From an uncultured Verrucomicrobiae bacterium (GTDB lineage Bacteria; Verrucomicrobiota; Verrucomicrobiia; Limisphaerales; Palsa-1400), in contig CAVXRD010000002.1 in the NCBI GenBank assembly GCA_963764165.1, positions 1,088,001-1,152,000 of the forward strand: a DNA stretch of 64,000 bases. Direction: 5' to 3'. A program made the position numbers and the translations under genes. The notes beneath the pieces were generated by a model. It worked only from the letters and a program-made list of their open reading frames with translations, was not told where the DNA came from and made no database searches. Shown here one piece after another: positions 51,383 through 60,932 of the stretch. The first letter of the stretch is position 1, and each line of letters opens with the position of its first letter.

Positions 51383-51925
51383 ATGAGCGACGAAATTATT
51401 CTAAAACGCAATTGCGACGCGGTCCTGATTCCCGCGGGAACCAAGATCACGCTGCAAGCGGGCGAGCCGGTGATCATCACCCAGGCGCTGGGCGGGAGTT
51501 ACACCGTCATCATCCACGGCAACATGGCCCGCATCGAAGCCCGCGATGCAGATGCCATTGGGCAGGCGCCTGCGGAATCCACTTCGACAGCCACGCCCGC
51601 AGGCGACGGTTCGGTGACCGAGGAATTGGTAATGGAGAAATTGCGGACATGTTACGATCCGGAAATTCCCGTCAACATTGTTGACCTCGGCCTCGTTTAC
51701 GACACGCAAATCTCCGCCTTGCCGGACGGCGGCAACCGTGTTGAAGTCAAGATGACTTTGACCGCGCCCGGCTGCGGCATGGGGCCGGTTTTGCAACAGG
51801 ACGTCGAGACGAAAGTTGCATCCATCCCCGGGGTCAAGGAAGCGGCGATTCACCTCGTTTGGGACCCGCCCTGGAGCCGCGAAATGCTGTCAGAGGCCGC
51901 CAAGCTCGAACTCGGACTAATGTGA
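51383..51925 (+). CDS. sufT: Fe-S assembly protein SufT (DUF59)
   Basis: TQALGGSYTV, CYDPEIPVNIVDLGLVY, MTLTAPGCGMG, WDPPW. Confidence 0.92.
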   Translation: MSDEIILKRNCDAVLIPAGTKITLQAGEPVIITQALGGSYTVIIHGNMARIEARDADAIGQAPAESTSTATPAGDGSVTEELVMEKLRTCYDPEIPVNIVDLGLVYDTQISALPDGGNRVEVKMTLTAPGCGMGPVLQQDVETKVASIPGVKEAAIHLVWDPPWSREMLSEAAKLELGLM

Positions 51926-53157
51926 CCTGCACCTCGCCAGATTGGGCCGCGCTGCGGGAGGATTTCCCGATCCTCCGCCAGAACGTCCATGGCCGCCCGC
52001 TCGTCTATCTTGACAACGCGGCCTCCTCGCAAAAGCCGGTGGCCGTGCTGGAAACGCTCGACCACTTTTACAGGCGCGACAATGCCAACGTTCATCGCGG
52101 CATTCACGAATTGAGCCGCCGCTCGACGGTGGCGTTTGAGGCCGCGCGCGAACGCGTGGCGAAATTTCTCAACGCGCGGCAATCGGAGGAAATTATTTTC
52201 ACGCGCGGCACGACCGAGGGCATCAATCTCGTCGCGCGCGCCTGGGGCGATAAAAACATCCGCGCGGGCGACACCATCCTGCTCACGGAAATGGAGCATC
52301 ACAGCAATATCGTCCCGTGGCAAATGCTGGCCCAGCGCACCGGGGCCAAACTGGCTTTCGTCCCCGTCACCGGCGACGACGGGCTTCTGGATTTGAGCGG
52401 GCTGGATACTTTGTTTGACAGCACCGTGAAACTGTTTGCCTTCACCCACGTCTCCAACACGCTCGGCACGGTGAATCCCGTTGTCGACCTTTGCGCGCGG
52501 GCGCGGAAACGCGGCATTGTGACGCTGGTGGATGGAGCACAGAGCACCGGGCATCGTCCTGTCGATGTGCAGGAAATCGGCTGCGATTTTCTTGCCTTCT
52601 CCGGGCACAAAGTTTGCGGGCCAACCGGAATTGGCGCGCTTTACGGCCGTCGTGAATTGCTTGAGAAAATGCCTCCGTTCCTCGGCGGCGGCGACATGAT
52701 TTCAAACGTCGAGTTTTTCTCCAGCACTTACAAAGACCCGCCTCATCGCTTCGAGGCGGGCACGCCGGATTTCGCGGCGGCCATCGGATTGGGCGCGGCG
52801 CTTGAATATTTGGCGGCGATTGGGATGGAACACATCGCGCGGCATGATTCTGAATTAGCCGCCCTCGCGCTCGAACGCTTGTTGAGCCTGCCGGGGCTTC
52901 GCTTGTTCGGGCCTCGCACCGGCCGCGCCGGCGTGGTGAGCTTTCTTTTGAACGACATTCACGCGCACGACGTTGTCACGGTGGCGGACCAGCGCGGCGT
53001 GGCATTGCGCGGCGGGCATCACTGCAATCAGCCATTGATGCGCAAGCTCGGCGTGGAATCAACCGCGCGGGCGAGCTTTTATTTTTACAACACCCCCGCG
53101 GAAGTCGAATGTCTGTTTGACACGCTGTGGGAAATTCAAAAATTTTTCGGCGCATGA
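51922..53157 (+). CDS. sufS: Cysteine desulfurase, SufS family
   Basis: YLDNAASSQKP, SGHK, FEAGTP, RGGHHCNQPL. Confidence 0.96.
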   Translation: MTCTSPDWAALREDFPILRQNVHGRPLVYLDNAASSQKPVAVLETLDHFYRRDNANVHRGIHELSRRSTVAFEAARERVAKFLNARQSEEIIFTRGTTEGINLVARAWGDKNIRAGDTILLTEMEHHSNIVPWQMLAQRTGAKLAFVPVTGDDGLLDLSGLDTLFDSTVKLFAFTHVSNTLGTVNPVVDLCARARKRGIVTLVDGAQSTGHRPVDVQEIGCDFLAFSGHKVCGPTGIGALYGRRELLEKMPPFLGGGDMISNVEFFSSTYKDPPHRFEAGTPDFAAAIGLGAALEYLAAIGMEHIARHDSELAALALERLLSLPGLRLFGPRTGRAGVVSFLLNDIHAHDVVTVADQRGVALRGGHHCNQPLMRKLGVESTARASFYFYNTPAEVECLFDTLWEIQKFFGA

Positions 53158-53699
53158 GCGACACCATTGATCCACAAACAACCATGACGCGCGTGCTGGA
53201 AGTTTTTCCGAGCGCGCAGCGGGCCTTGTTCCGAAAATACCACATTGGCGGCTGCGCGAGTTGCGCGTTTCAACCGGGCGAAACACTGGCAGGTTTGTGC
53301 GAGCGTAATCAACTGAACGTTACGGAAGTCATTGAACATCTTCGCACGAGCCATTTGCAGGACGAGGAATTGCAAATCTCGCCCGCTGAGGTTGCCAAAT
53401 TGCGGGCTGAAGGGACGGTGCGCATGGTGGATATTCGCAGCCGTGAGGAGTTTGACGCGACGCACATTGAAGGCGCGGTGCTGCTTTCGCAGCCGGTGAT
53501 GCAGGAAATTTTGGGCCACTGGCCGCGCGAAGGTTTGATGGTGCTCTACGATCATCGCGGACGCCAGAGCCTCGACGCCGCGGCGTACTTTACCGGCCAG
53601 GGATTTCGCAACGTCCGCTGCCTGCGCGGCGGCATCGACGCATGGTCGCGCGAGGCGGACAAGAATATCCCGCGCTACCGATTGGAGATGGCATCATGA
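53154..53699 (+). CDS. CxxC (DUF1858-like) domain fused to a rhodanese-like domain
   Basis: HIGGCASC N-terminal domain; VDIRSREEF...HIEGA and LRGGIDAWS; the active-site position reads YDHRGRQS. Confidence 0.8.
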   Translation: MSDTIDPQTTMTRVLEVFPSAQRALFRKYHIGGCASCAFQPGETLAGLCERNQLNVTEVIEHLRTSHLQDEELQISPAEVAKLRAEGTVRMVDIRSREEFDATHIEGAVLLSQPVMQEILGHWPREGLMVLYDHRGRQSLDAAAYFTGQGFRNVRCLRGGIDAWSREADKNIPRYRLEMAS

Positions 53700-54208
53700 G
53701 CGCGGAAAACGAGTATCAAAAACGGATCGAGGAAGCGTTGCGCGACCCGAAGAACCTCGGTGAACTCACCGGGGCGGACGCCGTCGGCACCGCCGGCAGC
53801 GCGGCGTGCGGCGACATGGTGCGCCTCTGGATCAAGTTCCGCGAGCAGGGCGGCAAAAAAGTTGTTGACAAAGCCACCTTCCAAAGTTTCGGCTGCGAAA
53901 CTGCCATCGCGGTAGCGAGCCTGGCGACGGAATTGATTCGCGGGAAAACGGCGGAGGAAGTTCTGGCGCTGTCCGGCGAAGAATTGGCCCCGAGCCTCGG
54001 CCCGCTGCCGCCGGTCAAGATTCATTGCACGCAACTGGTGGAAAGCGCATTGCGCTCCGCGCTCGAACCGCAATCATCCCCTGCCCCAACTGTCGTTGCA
54101 GCGCCCGCTCCCGTGTCCGCGCCAAGTTTGGTTGACAAGTTCACGCAAGCCAGCCAGCCCTCGGGAAAATTGAAAGTCGTCCTCCTCGAACCGGGCAGCG
54201 ACGACTGA
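53696..54208 (+). CDS. IscU/NifU-N-type scaffold protein
   Basis: PKNLG, ACGD, FQSFGCETAIA, PPVKIHC. Confidence 0.88.
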   Translation: MSAENEYQKRIEEALRDPKNLGELTGADAVGTAGSAACGDMVRLWIKFREQGGKKVVDKATFQSFGCETAIAVASLATELIRGKTAEEVLALSGEELAPSLGPLPPVKIHCTQLVESALRSALEPQSSPAPTVVAAPAPVSAPSLVDKFTQASQPSGKLKVVLLEPGSDD

Positions 54209-54237
54209 TTCGGTGTTTTCTCAGAACCCCTGATCAA

Positions 54238-54340
54238 GGTAGGGACGCCTCGCCGAGGCGTCCGGGGTGAGGCTCCAATTCATTCGAGAGCCGCGACCAT
54301 AAACGCGCGCAACCGGACGCCTCGGCGAGGCGTCCCTACC
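54238..54340. repeat. GTAG-family REP doublet (perfect 28-bp inverted repeat); half copy near 27940..27962
   Basis: ggtagggacgcctcgccgaggcgtccgg ... ccggacgcctcggcgaggcgtccctacc. Confidence 0.85.
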
Positions 54341-54365
54341 AGTGCTGGTTTCATTCGCCGCGACC

Positions 54366-55478
54366 TCAGACCCACCCGATTTTCTTCTGCCAGTCGCGAT
54401 AAGCGGCGGGAGCGATTTCTGAAGGCTTGATTTCGCTGCGACCGCCCCAGAAAACATTCGTATAACTGACAGGCATTCCCGCCTCGGCGAGATGGCGGTC
54501 AATCGCTTCCTTGTGCGCGAGCACGAGCGGCTTCTCCATGCCGTGCGCCACGCCCATGACGTTGACATTGTGAAACTCCGGCCCGCCTTCGCGCCAATAC
54601 GCGTGCGTCATGATAAAATGCCGGCCCACTTCACGCCCGGCTTCGATCTCGCGCCCCGGCGGCACGGCCCAATGAAACAGCGCATTGAAACGCGTGACGC
54701 GGTCGCCGTCCTTCAACGTCTTGACATGCTCGAGAAACGTCGAAAATCGCCCGATGATTTTGCGCCGCTCGAAATTGGCGGCGGTTTCGTAAAATGTGTC
54801 AAGAGGAACGTCCGCCTCTGCCGCGCGGGCGGGCCAGACATCCGCGGCGATTTCATCCACTTCAAATTCGCGTTTCAGCGCGGTGAGAATCCGCCACTCC
54901 GTTTCGTTCAACTCGACGATCGCGACTTCCTGCACATCGGCGGGAACATCCGCGCGCGCGCCCGGCTCCAATCCGCGTCGGCGAATGTGTCCGACTCCGA
55001 GCGCGAAAAGTCGCTTCGCGGGCATCAGGCGGAAATGTTCCGCGCCCGTTTTCGTCGAGAGAAATTCGCAATGTTCGCGCATCGAAAATCCCTGCGGCAC
55101 TTTCAGCGTTGTCCACAATTTGTAATTCGAGCCCGCCGTCGCTGTGTCCGTCGAGCGCAGCACGACGTGGCCGGAAAAAGGGTCTTGCTGGAACATGAAA
55201 TCGAAGGCGGCATCCAATTTTTCCGCCGGCACCTGCCACGCCACCAGCGCGCCTTGGGCAAGATTTGTGGCCAGCAACGTTTGCCGCACACGGCGGATCG
55301 TTCCTGCTTGCAGCATGGCGCGGATGCGTTCCAGCACGACGTCCAATTCCAACTCGGCTTGGCGGGCGATTTCGTGGAACGGATGCCGTTGAAAGCCCTG
55401 CAATTTGTCCTCGGAAATCGCCAGGATTCGGGCGTTGATCGGGTCGCTGATTTCGTATGGAACCACAGAAAGATTCAT
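54366..55478 (-). CDS. Fused AhbAB/NirDL-like siroheme decarboxylase (Lrp/AsnC fold)
   Basis: Two wHTH-RAM halves; PF.EIA, G.IRR, GH...R and THAYWR motifs. Confidence 0.75.
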   Translation of the reverse strand: MNLSVVPYEISDPINARILAISEDKLQGFQRHPFHEIARQAELELDVVLERIRAMLQAGTIRRVRQTLLATNLAQGALVAWQVPAEKLDAAFDFMFQQDPFSGHVVLRSTDTATAGSNYKLWTTLKVPQGFSMREHCEFLSTKTGAEHFRLMPAKRLFALGVGHIRRRGLEPGARADVPADVQEVAIVELNETEWRILTALKREFEVDEIAADVWPARAAEADVPLDTFYETAANFERRKIIGRFSTFLEHVKTLKDGDRVTRFNALFHWAVPPGREIEAGREVGRHFIMTHAYWREGGPEFHNVNVMGVAHGMEKPLVLAHKEAIDRHLAEAGMPVSYTNVFWGGRSEIKPSEIAPAAYRDWQKKIGWV

Positions 55479-55531
55479 GAGCGTTTTACCGTGCGAAGTC
55501 TATGCTCCGCTCTCCCATCGCGCAAGAAGTC

Positions 55532-56287
55532 TCACTTGGCTCGATGCGGCGCGCCCATCCACACATCGCTCACGCCGGGCGAATAGTGCGCGCTGGAAAA
55601 CTGCGCTTTGGAGAACCAAGCAAATGCGTTGCGAATCAGCCCGTCATCTTGAACGCGGACCGATGCCGATGCCTGCTTCCAAGGTTTGTGCCAAATATCG
55701 AAGTACCGCGTGAATCCCCCGATGCGCGTGAAGGCGGTGTAACGCTCAATCAGAAATTCATCGATGCTTCCGGGAATGGATTCGCGGAAATCATTCCCCG
55801 GCGAAGTCTCTCCAGAATACTCGAACGCGCCTCCCACGTTTCCTCCCAATGTCTGACAGCCTGGATCATGCGCGTATTTGATGCGGGCGAAGCGGTATGG
55901 CAATCCGTATGCAACCGGGCCACCCAACACGCACACAGGATTGTTGAGCCATTCGCTGATGAAGTAAATGGCTGGGCGCCCATGGTGAACAACGTAGGTG
56001 CGCAAATTAAGAAAACGATGATGAGAAATGGGCCAAAACAACCATCGCCCCAGCGCGCCGCCAAAATTCAACCGGAGCCGCTCCATATGAAAAGCAACTG
56101 CGCTGACATAGGCGCGACCGTTCCACAAATCCAGTTCGAATGGGATGTGGGGTTGGAGGCAATCGGCTGGAATCTCAAAATGCAGGAAGAGGGCTCGCGT
56201 CCAATCGCCGATCAACAGCGGTTTGCCCTCGCGGGCCAGGAATCGTTCGCGAGCTGCTGCCGAATAATTTTCGGCAGTGGCATTCAT
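55532..56287 (-). CDS. DUF2071 (YqjF-like) protein
   Basis: W..ALFLHF, LDLWNGRAYVS.VAF.M, LNLRTYV, FLIERY. Confidence 0.85.
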   Translation of the reverse strand: MNATAENYSAAARERFLAREGKPLLIGDWTRALFLHFEIPADCLQPHIPFELDLWNGRAYVSAVAFHMERLRLNFGGALGRWLFWPISHHRFLNLRTYVVHHGRPAIYFISEWLNNPVCVLGGPVAYGLPYRFARIKYAHDPGCQTLGGNVGGAFEYSGETSPGNDFRESIPGSIDEFLIERYTAFTRIGGFTRYFDIWHKPWKQASASVRVQDDGLIRNAFAWFSKAQFSSAHYSPGVSDVWMGAPHRAK

Positions 56288-57225
56288 TTTCGTCCAAGAT
56301 CCTCCAGCGCAGCCCGGAAAGTGGGGAACTTAAATTGAAACCCCGAAGCCAGCAATTTTCCTGGAACCACCCGGCGGCTCTTGATCATCAACTCCGTTTC
56401 CGTCCTCAGAAAGAATGCGCCGATTTCCAGCATCCATCGCGCGGCCGGCAATCCAATCGGAACGCCGCAAACTTTTCGATACTCCGCCATCATGTCGCGG
56501 TTCGTCATGGGATTCGGCGAAGCAATGTTGAATGGCCCGGTCAATTCGGGATGATCGAGCAGCCATAGCACCGCGCGGCAGAAATCTTCCTCGTGAATCC
56601 ACGCCGCGTATTGCCGTCCGCCCGCCATGTTTCCGCCGAGGCCAAACTTGGTCAGACGGCGCAGCACCGGATACACGGAGCCTTTGTGTGGAGCGAACAC
56701 CATCGACATTCGCATCGGAATTTTTCGCGTGATTGGTGTGGTGGCGTCGGACAGCGCCTTCTCCCACGCTTGCGCCACTTCCACCGAGAATTCGTCGTGG
56801 GCGTCTTTGTCGGCGGCAATTTCGCCTTGCTCGTCCATCACTTTGTCAAAGGAATGCTTGTAGATGGTGGCGGTGCTGGCGTTGAGCCAGGTGGCAGGAG
56901 GATTGGCGCAGGCAGCAATCGCTTCGCCCAGCGCGCGGGTCGAAAAAACGCGGGATTCAAGAATCAACCGCCGGTTCCCAGCAGTGTAGCGGCAGTTCAC
57001 AGACCGGCCGGTCAAATTGATGACCGCCTCCGCCCCCTCCAACTCCGCGCGCCAAGGCCCAACGGAACGCGCATCCCATGCGACGTTTCGCATGCCGGGA
57101 GTATTCGCGCCATCTGCGTTTCGAGTCAGAACGACAATCTCGCGCCCGCTTGCTGCCAGAAACGGTGTGAGAAGCCTTCCCACCAACCCGCTGCCGCCCG
57201 CCAGTATAATGCGATTCGATTTCAT
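56284..57225 (-). CDS. TIGR01777-family NAD-dependent epimerase
   Basis: GGSGLVG, VINLTGRSVNCRY, ASTATIY, SRRVVP..L...GF.F. Confidence 0.9.
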   Translation of the reverse strand: MKSNRIILAGGSGLVGRLLTPFLAASGREIVVLTRNADGANTPGMRNVAWDARSVGPWRAELEGAEAVINLTGRSVNCRYTAGNRRLILESRVFSTRALGEAIAACANPPATWLNASTATIYKHSFDKVMDEQGEIAADKDAHDEFSVEVAQAWEKALSDATTPITRKIPMRMSMVFAPHKGSVYPVLRRLTKFGLGGNMAGGRQYAAWIHEEDFCRAVLWLLDHPELTGPFNIASPNPMTNRDMMAEYRKVCGVPIGLPAARWMLEIGAFFLRTETELMIKSRRVVPGKLLASGFQFKFPTFRAALEDLGRK

Positions 57226-57352
57226 TTCTGTCTGTGCAGAAATTACTGTAACGTTTGGATATTGTCAAGGAGAGGCGGGTGGATTGGCAAAGTTTTTTAC
57301 GGAGGCAGGCGGATCATTTGCGGCTGGATCCCGGGCGAAAAAACTCGGGCGA

Positions 57353-57760
57353 TCACGCTTTCTTCCGCATGCCGTCAATGCTGAGGGGCCCGGCGCCGGC
57401 CGCGGCCAAATACAGAAACACGAAGCAATACAGCACCGCTAATTCGCCGTGGTTGACTAACGGCAGAAAACCCTTGTTCGCGTGAGCCATGAAATAGGCG
57501 ACAGCCATTTCACCGGAGAGAATGAACGCAACCGGGCGTGTGAGCAATCCGATCAAAATCAACGCCCCGCCCGCCAATTCCAAGACACCTGACCAACCAG
57601 GGATGGAGGTAAACAATTGGGTCACCTTTCCTGTGGCGCTGGGAGGGTATCCCAAAACCTTTTGCGTGCCATGGCAGAGGAACAAAAATCCCACCACGAT
57701 TCGCATCAGCGAAAGCAGGTATGGAGTAACTCGGGCGCAGATTGAAGCGACAATTGTCAT
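57353..57760 (-). CDS. DoxX family membrane protein
   Basis: RIVVGFLFLCHG.QK, ELAGG, SGEMAVAYF..H, NHGELAVLYCF. Confidence 0.9.
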   Translation of the reverse strand: MTIVASICARVTPYLLSLMRIVVGFLFLCHGTQKVLGYPPSATGKVTQLFTSIPGWSGVLELAGGALILIGLLTRPVAFILSGEMAVAYFMAHANKGFLPLVNHGELAVLYCFVFLYLAAAGAGPLSIDGMRKKA

Positions 57761-57824
57761 GGCGGACGGAATGTGCGCCCCTCAAGCCGCGCCGTCAAGC
57801 GACAGACTGCGGCAGAAAGGCAGT

Positions 57825-58205
57825 TTATTTCTTCTTCTTTTTTGCGGGTTTCTTTTTCTTTGGGCTTGCCTTGCTCTTGGAACCCTTCCGCTGCGGGACA
57901 AGATACGCCGTGAGGGAACTTGAGGCGAGCGCCACCAAGAATATCGGCACCGTGATGAAAAGCATGGATACCCTGCTGCCGTGCTGGCCCGCCGAGCCCA
58001 GGCACGTGAGAAGCGCCCAAAGCCCCAGCGGCACGCAGGTGATTCCGATCGCCACCTTGCCTTCAGCGCCAAACCATCGAGCCACCGCCGTCAGCAAGGC
58101 GAACACCAGCGCCATGCCAAGAAAAATAACCGGCACCGGCAAATCCACGCCCGGACCGGGCATGCCGTCGGCCAAAAACCATGGACAGATGTGGCTCGCG
58201 CGCAT
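57825..58205 (-). CDS. Hypothetical membrane protein with a Lys-rich tail
   Basis: Three hydrophobic segments, KKKKPAKKKKK tail; in an apparent operon. Confidence 0.55.
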   Translation of the reverse strand: MRASHICPWFLADGMPGPGVDLPVPVIFLGMALVFALLTAVARWFGAEGKVAIGITCVPLGLWALLTCLGSAGQHGSRVSMLFITVPIFLVALASSSLTAYLVPQRKGSKSKASPKKKKPAKKKKK

Positions 58206-58207
58206 CC

Positions 58208-59152
58208 TCAAAAGACGCAGGGGACGCCTTCCTGCTGGATGCGCAGGCATTCGCTGATGCCGCTGCTTTCGGCGAGCTCCGCGAGCCAGCGCGGCGGCTC
58301 GTCAATGTCTTCGAACGATAGTTTGAATGTCCCGTAGTGCATCGGCACGAACCATTTGGCTTTCAAATCCGCAAACGCTTTGATCGCTTCGTCCGGCCCC
58401 ATGTGGACGCGGCGAAAGCTGTCGGGATAGTAGGCGCCAATCGGCAGCATCGCAATCTCCGGCGGGCACACGCGGCCGATTTCCTTGAACCCGGGAAAAT
58501 ACGCGCTGTCCCCGGCGTGATAAACTCGGCGGCCCTGGTGCTCGATAATAAATCCGCCGAAACCGCGATGATGATCCCGCAGCGTCCGCGCGCCCCAATG
58601 ATTCGACGGCGTCAGCGTCACCTTCCAATTGTCATGCGAAAAACTTTCCCACCATTGCAATTCAATGATGCGCTCGAATCCCAGGTCCGACGCCAATTCA
58701 CCCATGCCCCACGGCATGATGGCGATTTTTGGCGAAGGCAGTTTTCGCAGGGTCGGCTTGTGGAAATGGTCGAAATGAGCGTGTGTCAACAAAACCAAGT
58801 CAATGGGCGGCAAATCCTGGATTTTCAAACCCGCGCGGCGAAGCCGTTTGATGACCAGCAGCCAGTTGGCAAAATTCGGGTCAATCAAAACGTTCAAGTC
58901 CGTGAATTGCGCGAGAAAGGAGGCGTGGCCGATCCACGTCAACGCCACCTGACCGCGCGCCAGCTTGGGAAATTTAGGCTTGACGTGCTCGCCGACGCGC
59001 CGGGTCACGAGCGCCTTCCAGACCATCTCGTGGAAAAAAGTGCGCGGGTTGAAATGCTTGCTGGGCGTCAGGTCCTTGAACGAGCGCGGCAGCGGCTGGC
59101 GCTTCCGCGGCGCCGGCTTCGCCATTTTCACATGCGTTTTATCTTTGGCCAT
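58208..59152 (-). CDS. MBL-fold metallo-hydrolase (NAPE-PLD/UlaG-like)
   Basis: TWIGHAS, THAHFDH, HAGDSAY, LPIGAY, PMHYGTF. Confidence 0.92.
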   Translation of the reverse strand: MAKDKTHVKMAKPAPRKRQPLPRSFKDLTPSKHFNPRTFFHEMVWKALVTRRVGEHVKPKFPKLARGQVALTWIGHASFLAQFTDLNVLIDPNFANWLLVIKRLRRAGLKIQDLPPIDLVLLTHAHFDHFHKPTLRKLPSPKIAIMPWGMGELASDLGFERIIELQWWESFSHDNWKVTLTPSNHWGARTLRDHHRGFGGFIIEHQGRRVYHAGDSAYFPGFKEIGRVCPPEIAMLPIGAYYPDSFRRVHMGPDEAIKAFADLKAKWFVPMHYGTFKLSFEDIDEPPRWLAELAESSGISECLRIQQEGVPCVF

Positions 59153-59170
59153 TTCTGTTTCCGCCTATCG

Positions 59171-60613
59171 CTATTTGCGGGTGGAAGGTTCGAATACCCG
59201 CAATGGACTGCAATTTCGCACTGCCTCCCGCATTTCCGCCAATGATTTTAATTCTCCCGCCGCTCGCGCTTGCGAGAGCAGATTCCCCAAAACCGTCGTC
59301 TCCGCCGGCCCCGCCACCACTGGGCGCCCGCATGAATTGGCGGCAAGTTGATTGAGCAGCGCATTATTTGAACCGCCACCGACAACGTGAATCACGTCAA
59401 TTCTATTTCCGGCCAGCTCCTCCAACCCGCGCAGCACCACCGCATATTTTGCCGCCAAACTTTCCAACACGCAGCGCACCAATGCCCCTTCGCTCTCGGG
59501 CGCCGGCTGGCTGGTGTCGCGGCACGCCTGCCGGATCGCGGTGGGCATATCGGGCGGATTGGCGAAGCCCGCGTCATCGGGATCGAGAATCGCGCGCGGG
59601 CCTTCGGAGGCCTCGGCAAGACGCGTCAATTCCGCATAATCGAACGTCTTGCCACCCGCCTCGAACGATTTCTTGCATTGCTGCACCAGCCACAAGCCGG
59701 TGATGTTTTTCAGCAGGCGAAATGTTCCGTCGATGCCGCCTTCGTTGGTAAAATTGAGTTGGAGAACCTTGTCCGTCAAAACGGCGTTCGGCGTTTCAAT
59801 GCCCATCAGCGACCACGTTCCGGAACTGATGTAGGCCCAATCCGTTTTGCCGGTGTTCGAGGTGGGAATGGCGGCCACGGCGGAAGCGGTATCGTGCGTC
59901 GGCGGAGCGACGACTTTTATCGGGCCGAGGCCCGTTCGCTGCCGGACGGATTCGCGCAGCGTTCCGAGTTCCGTTCCCGGCGGGACGACCTTCGGGAAAA
60001 TGCGCGCGGGCAACCCAAATTTCTCCAGCATGCCAAAAGCCCAATCCCGCCGCACCGGATCAAGGCACTGGCTGGTGGTGGCGTTGGTGAACTCCGCCAC
60101 CCGCGACCCGCACAGGCACCAATGGAAAAAGTCCGGCATCATCAGCAGGCAATCCGCCATCTCCAGCAAATCCGGATGCGTCTGCTTTAAAGCGAGCAAT
60201 TGATAGAGCGTGTTGATCTCCATGAATTGCAGGCCGGTGCGGGCAAAAATCTCCGGGCGCGGCACCTGGCTGAATGCGTGATTGAACATGCCATTCACCC
60301 GCGAATCCCGATAATGATACGGCTGCCCGAGAATCTCACCTCCCTTTGTCAGCAGGACGAAATCGACACCCCATGTGTCCACCCCCACCGAGACCACGGA
60401 GTCGCCATAATATTTAGCCGCGAGGGACAAGCCGGCCTGAATCTCCGCCCAGAGCTGCAGGACGTTCCAGCGCAAAGTGCCCGCCAGAGGAACCGGGCCA
60501 TTGGCGAAACGGTGCAATTCGCGGACGTGCATGGCGCGACCGTCCCAAGCGCCGGCCATGACCCGGCCACTTTCCGCGCCGAGGTCGATACCGAGATATA
60601 CTTGGTCACTCAC
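59171..60613 (-). CDS. rhaB: Rhamnulokinase
   Basis: [43 protein letters not shown]. Confidence 0.9.
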   Translation of the reverse strand: MSDQVYLGIDLGAESGRVMAGAWDGRAMHVRELHRFANGPVPLAGTLRWNVLQLWAEIQAGLSLAAKYYGDSVVSVGVDTWGVDFVLLTKGGEILGQPYHYRDSRVNGMFNHAFSQVPRPEIFARTGLQFMEINTLYQLLALKQTHPDLLEMADCLLMMPDFFHWCLCGSRVAEFTNATTSQCLDPVRRDWAFGMLEKFGLPARIFPKVVPPGTELGTLRESVRQRTGLGPIKVVAPPTHDTASAVAAIPTSNTGKTDWAYISSGTWSLMGIETPNAVLTDKVLQLNFTNEGGIDGTFRLLKNITGLWLVQQCKKSFEAGGKTFDYAELTRLAEASEGPRAILDPDDAGFANPPDMPTAIRQACRDTSQPAPESEGALVRCVLESLAAKYAVVLRGLEELAGNRIDVIHVVGGGSNNALLNQLAANSCGRPVVAGPAETTVLGNLLSQARAAGELKSLAEMREAVRNCSPLRVFEPSTRK

Positions 60614-60932
60614 GGGTTTTGAGAGCGTGCTTCAGTCGTTTTGTATACGTGCCTTTGCGAGGGTGAAAGTTCAAGGGGGAAAACAGCGCGCCGACCACGA
60701 AAAATCTGGAACGGCTGAAATCCTGAAAAGAGTCCCATGTTGCGTTCAGGCGGGCCGTTAATTCGGTCCCAGTGCTGAGCCGCGCATCCTCGCGCCCGCG
60801 TTTGGGCGGCGACGCAGCACCGGCCCTGCCTCAATCTGGCGGGGCGGAGCGGGAAGACCGAGGGCGCGGAGAGGGGAGTCCTTTCATGGGTCCTGTCCAC
60901 GGCTTTCCGCACCAAGGAATCAAATGGATTTG

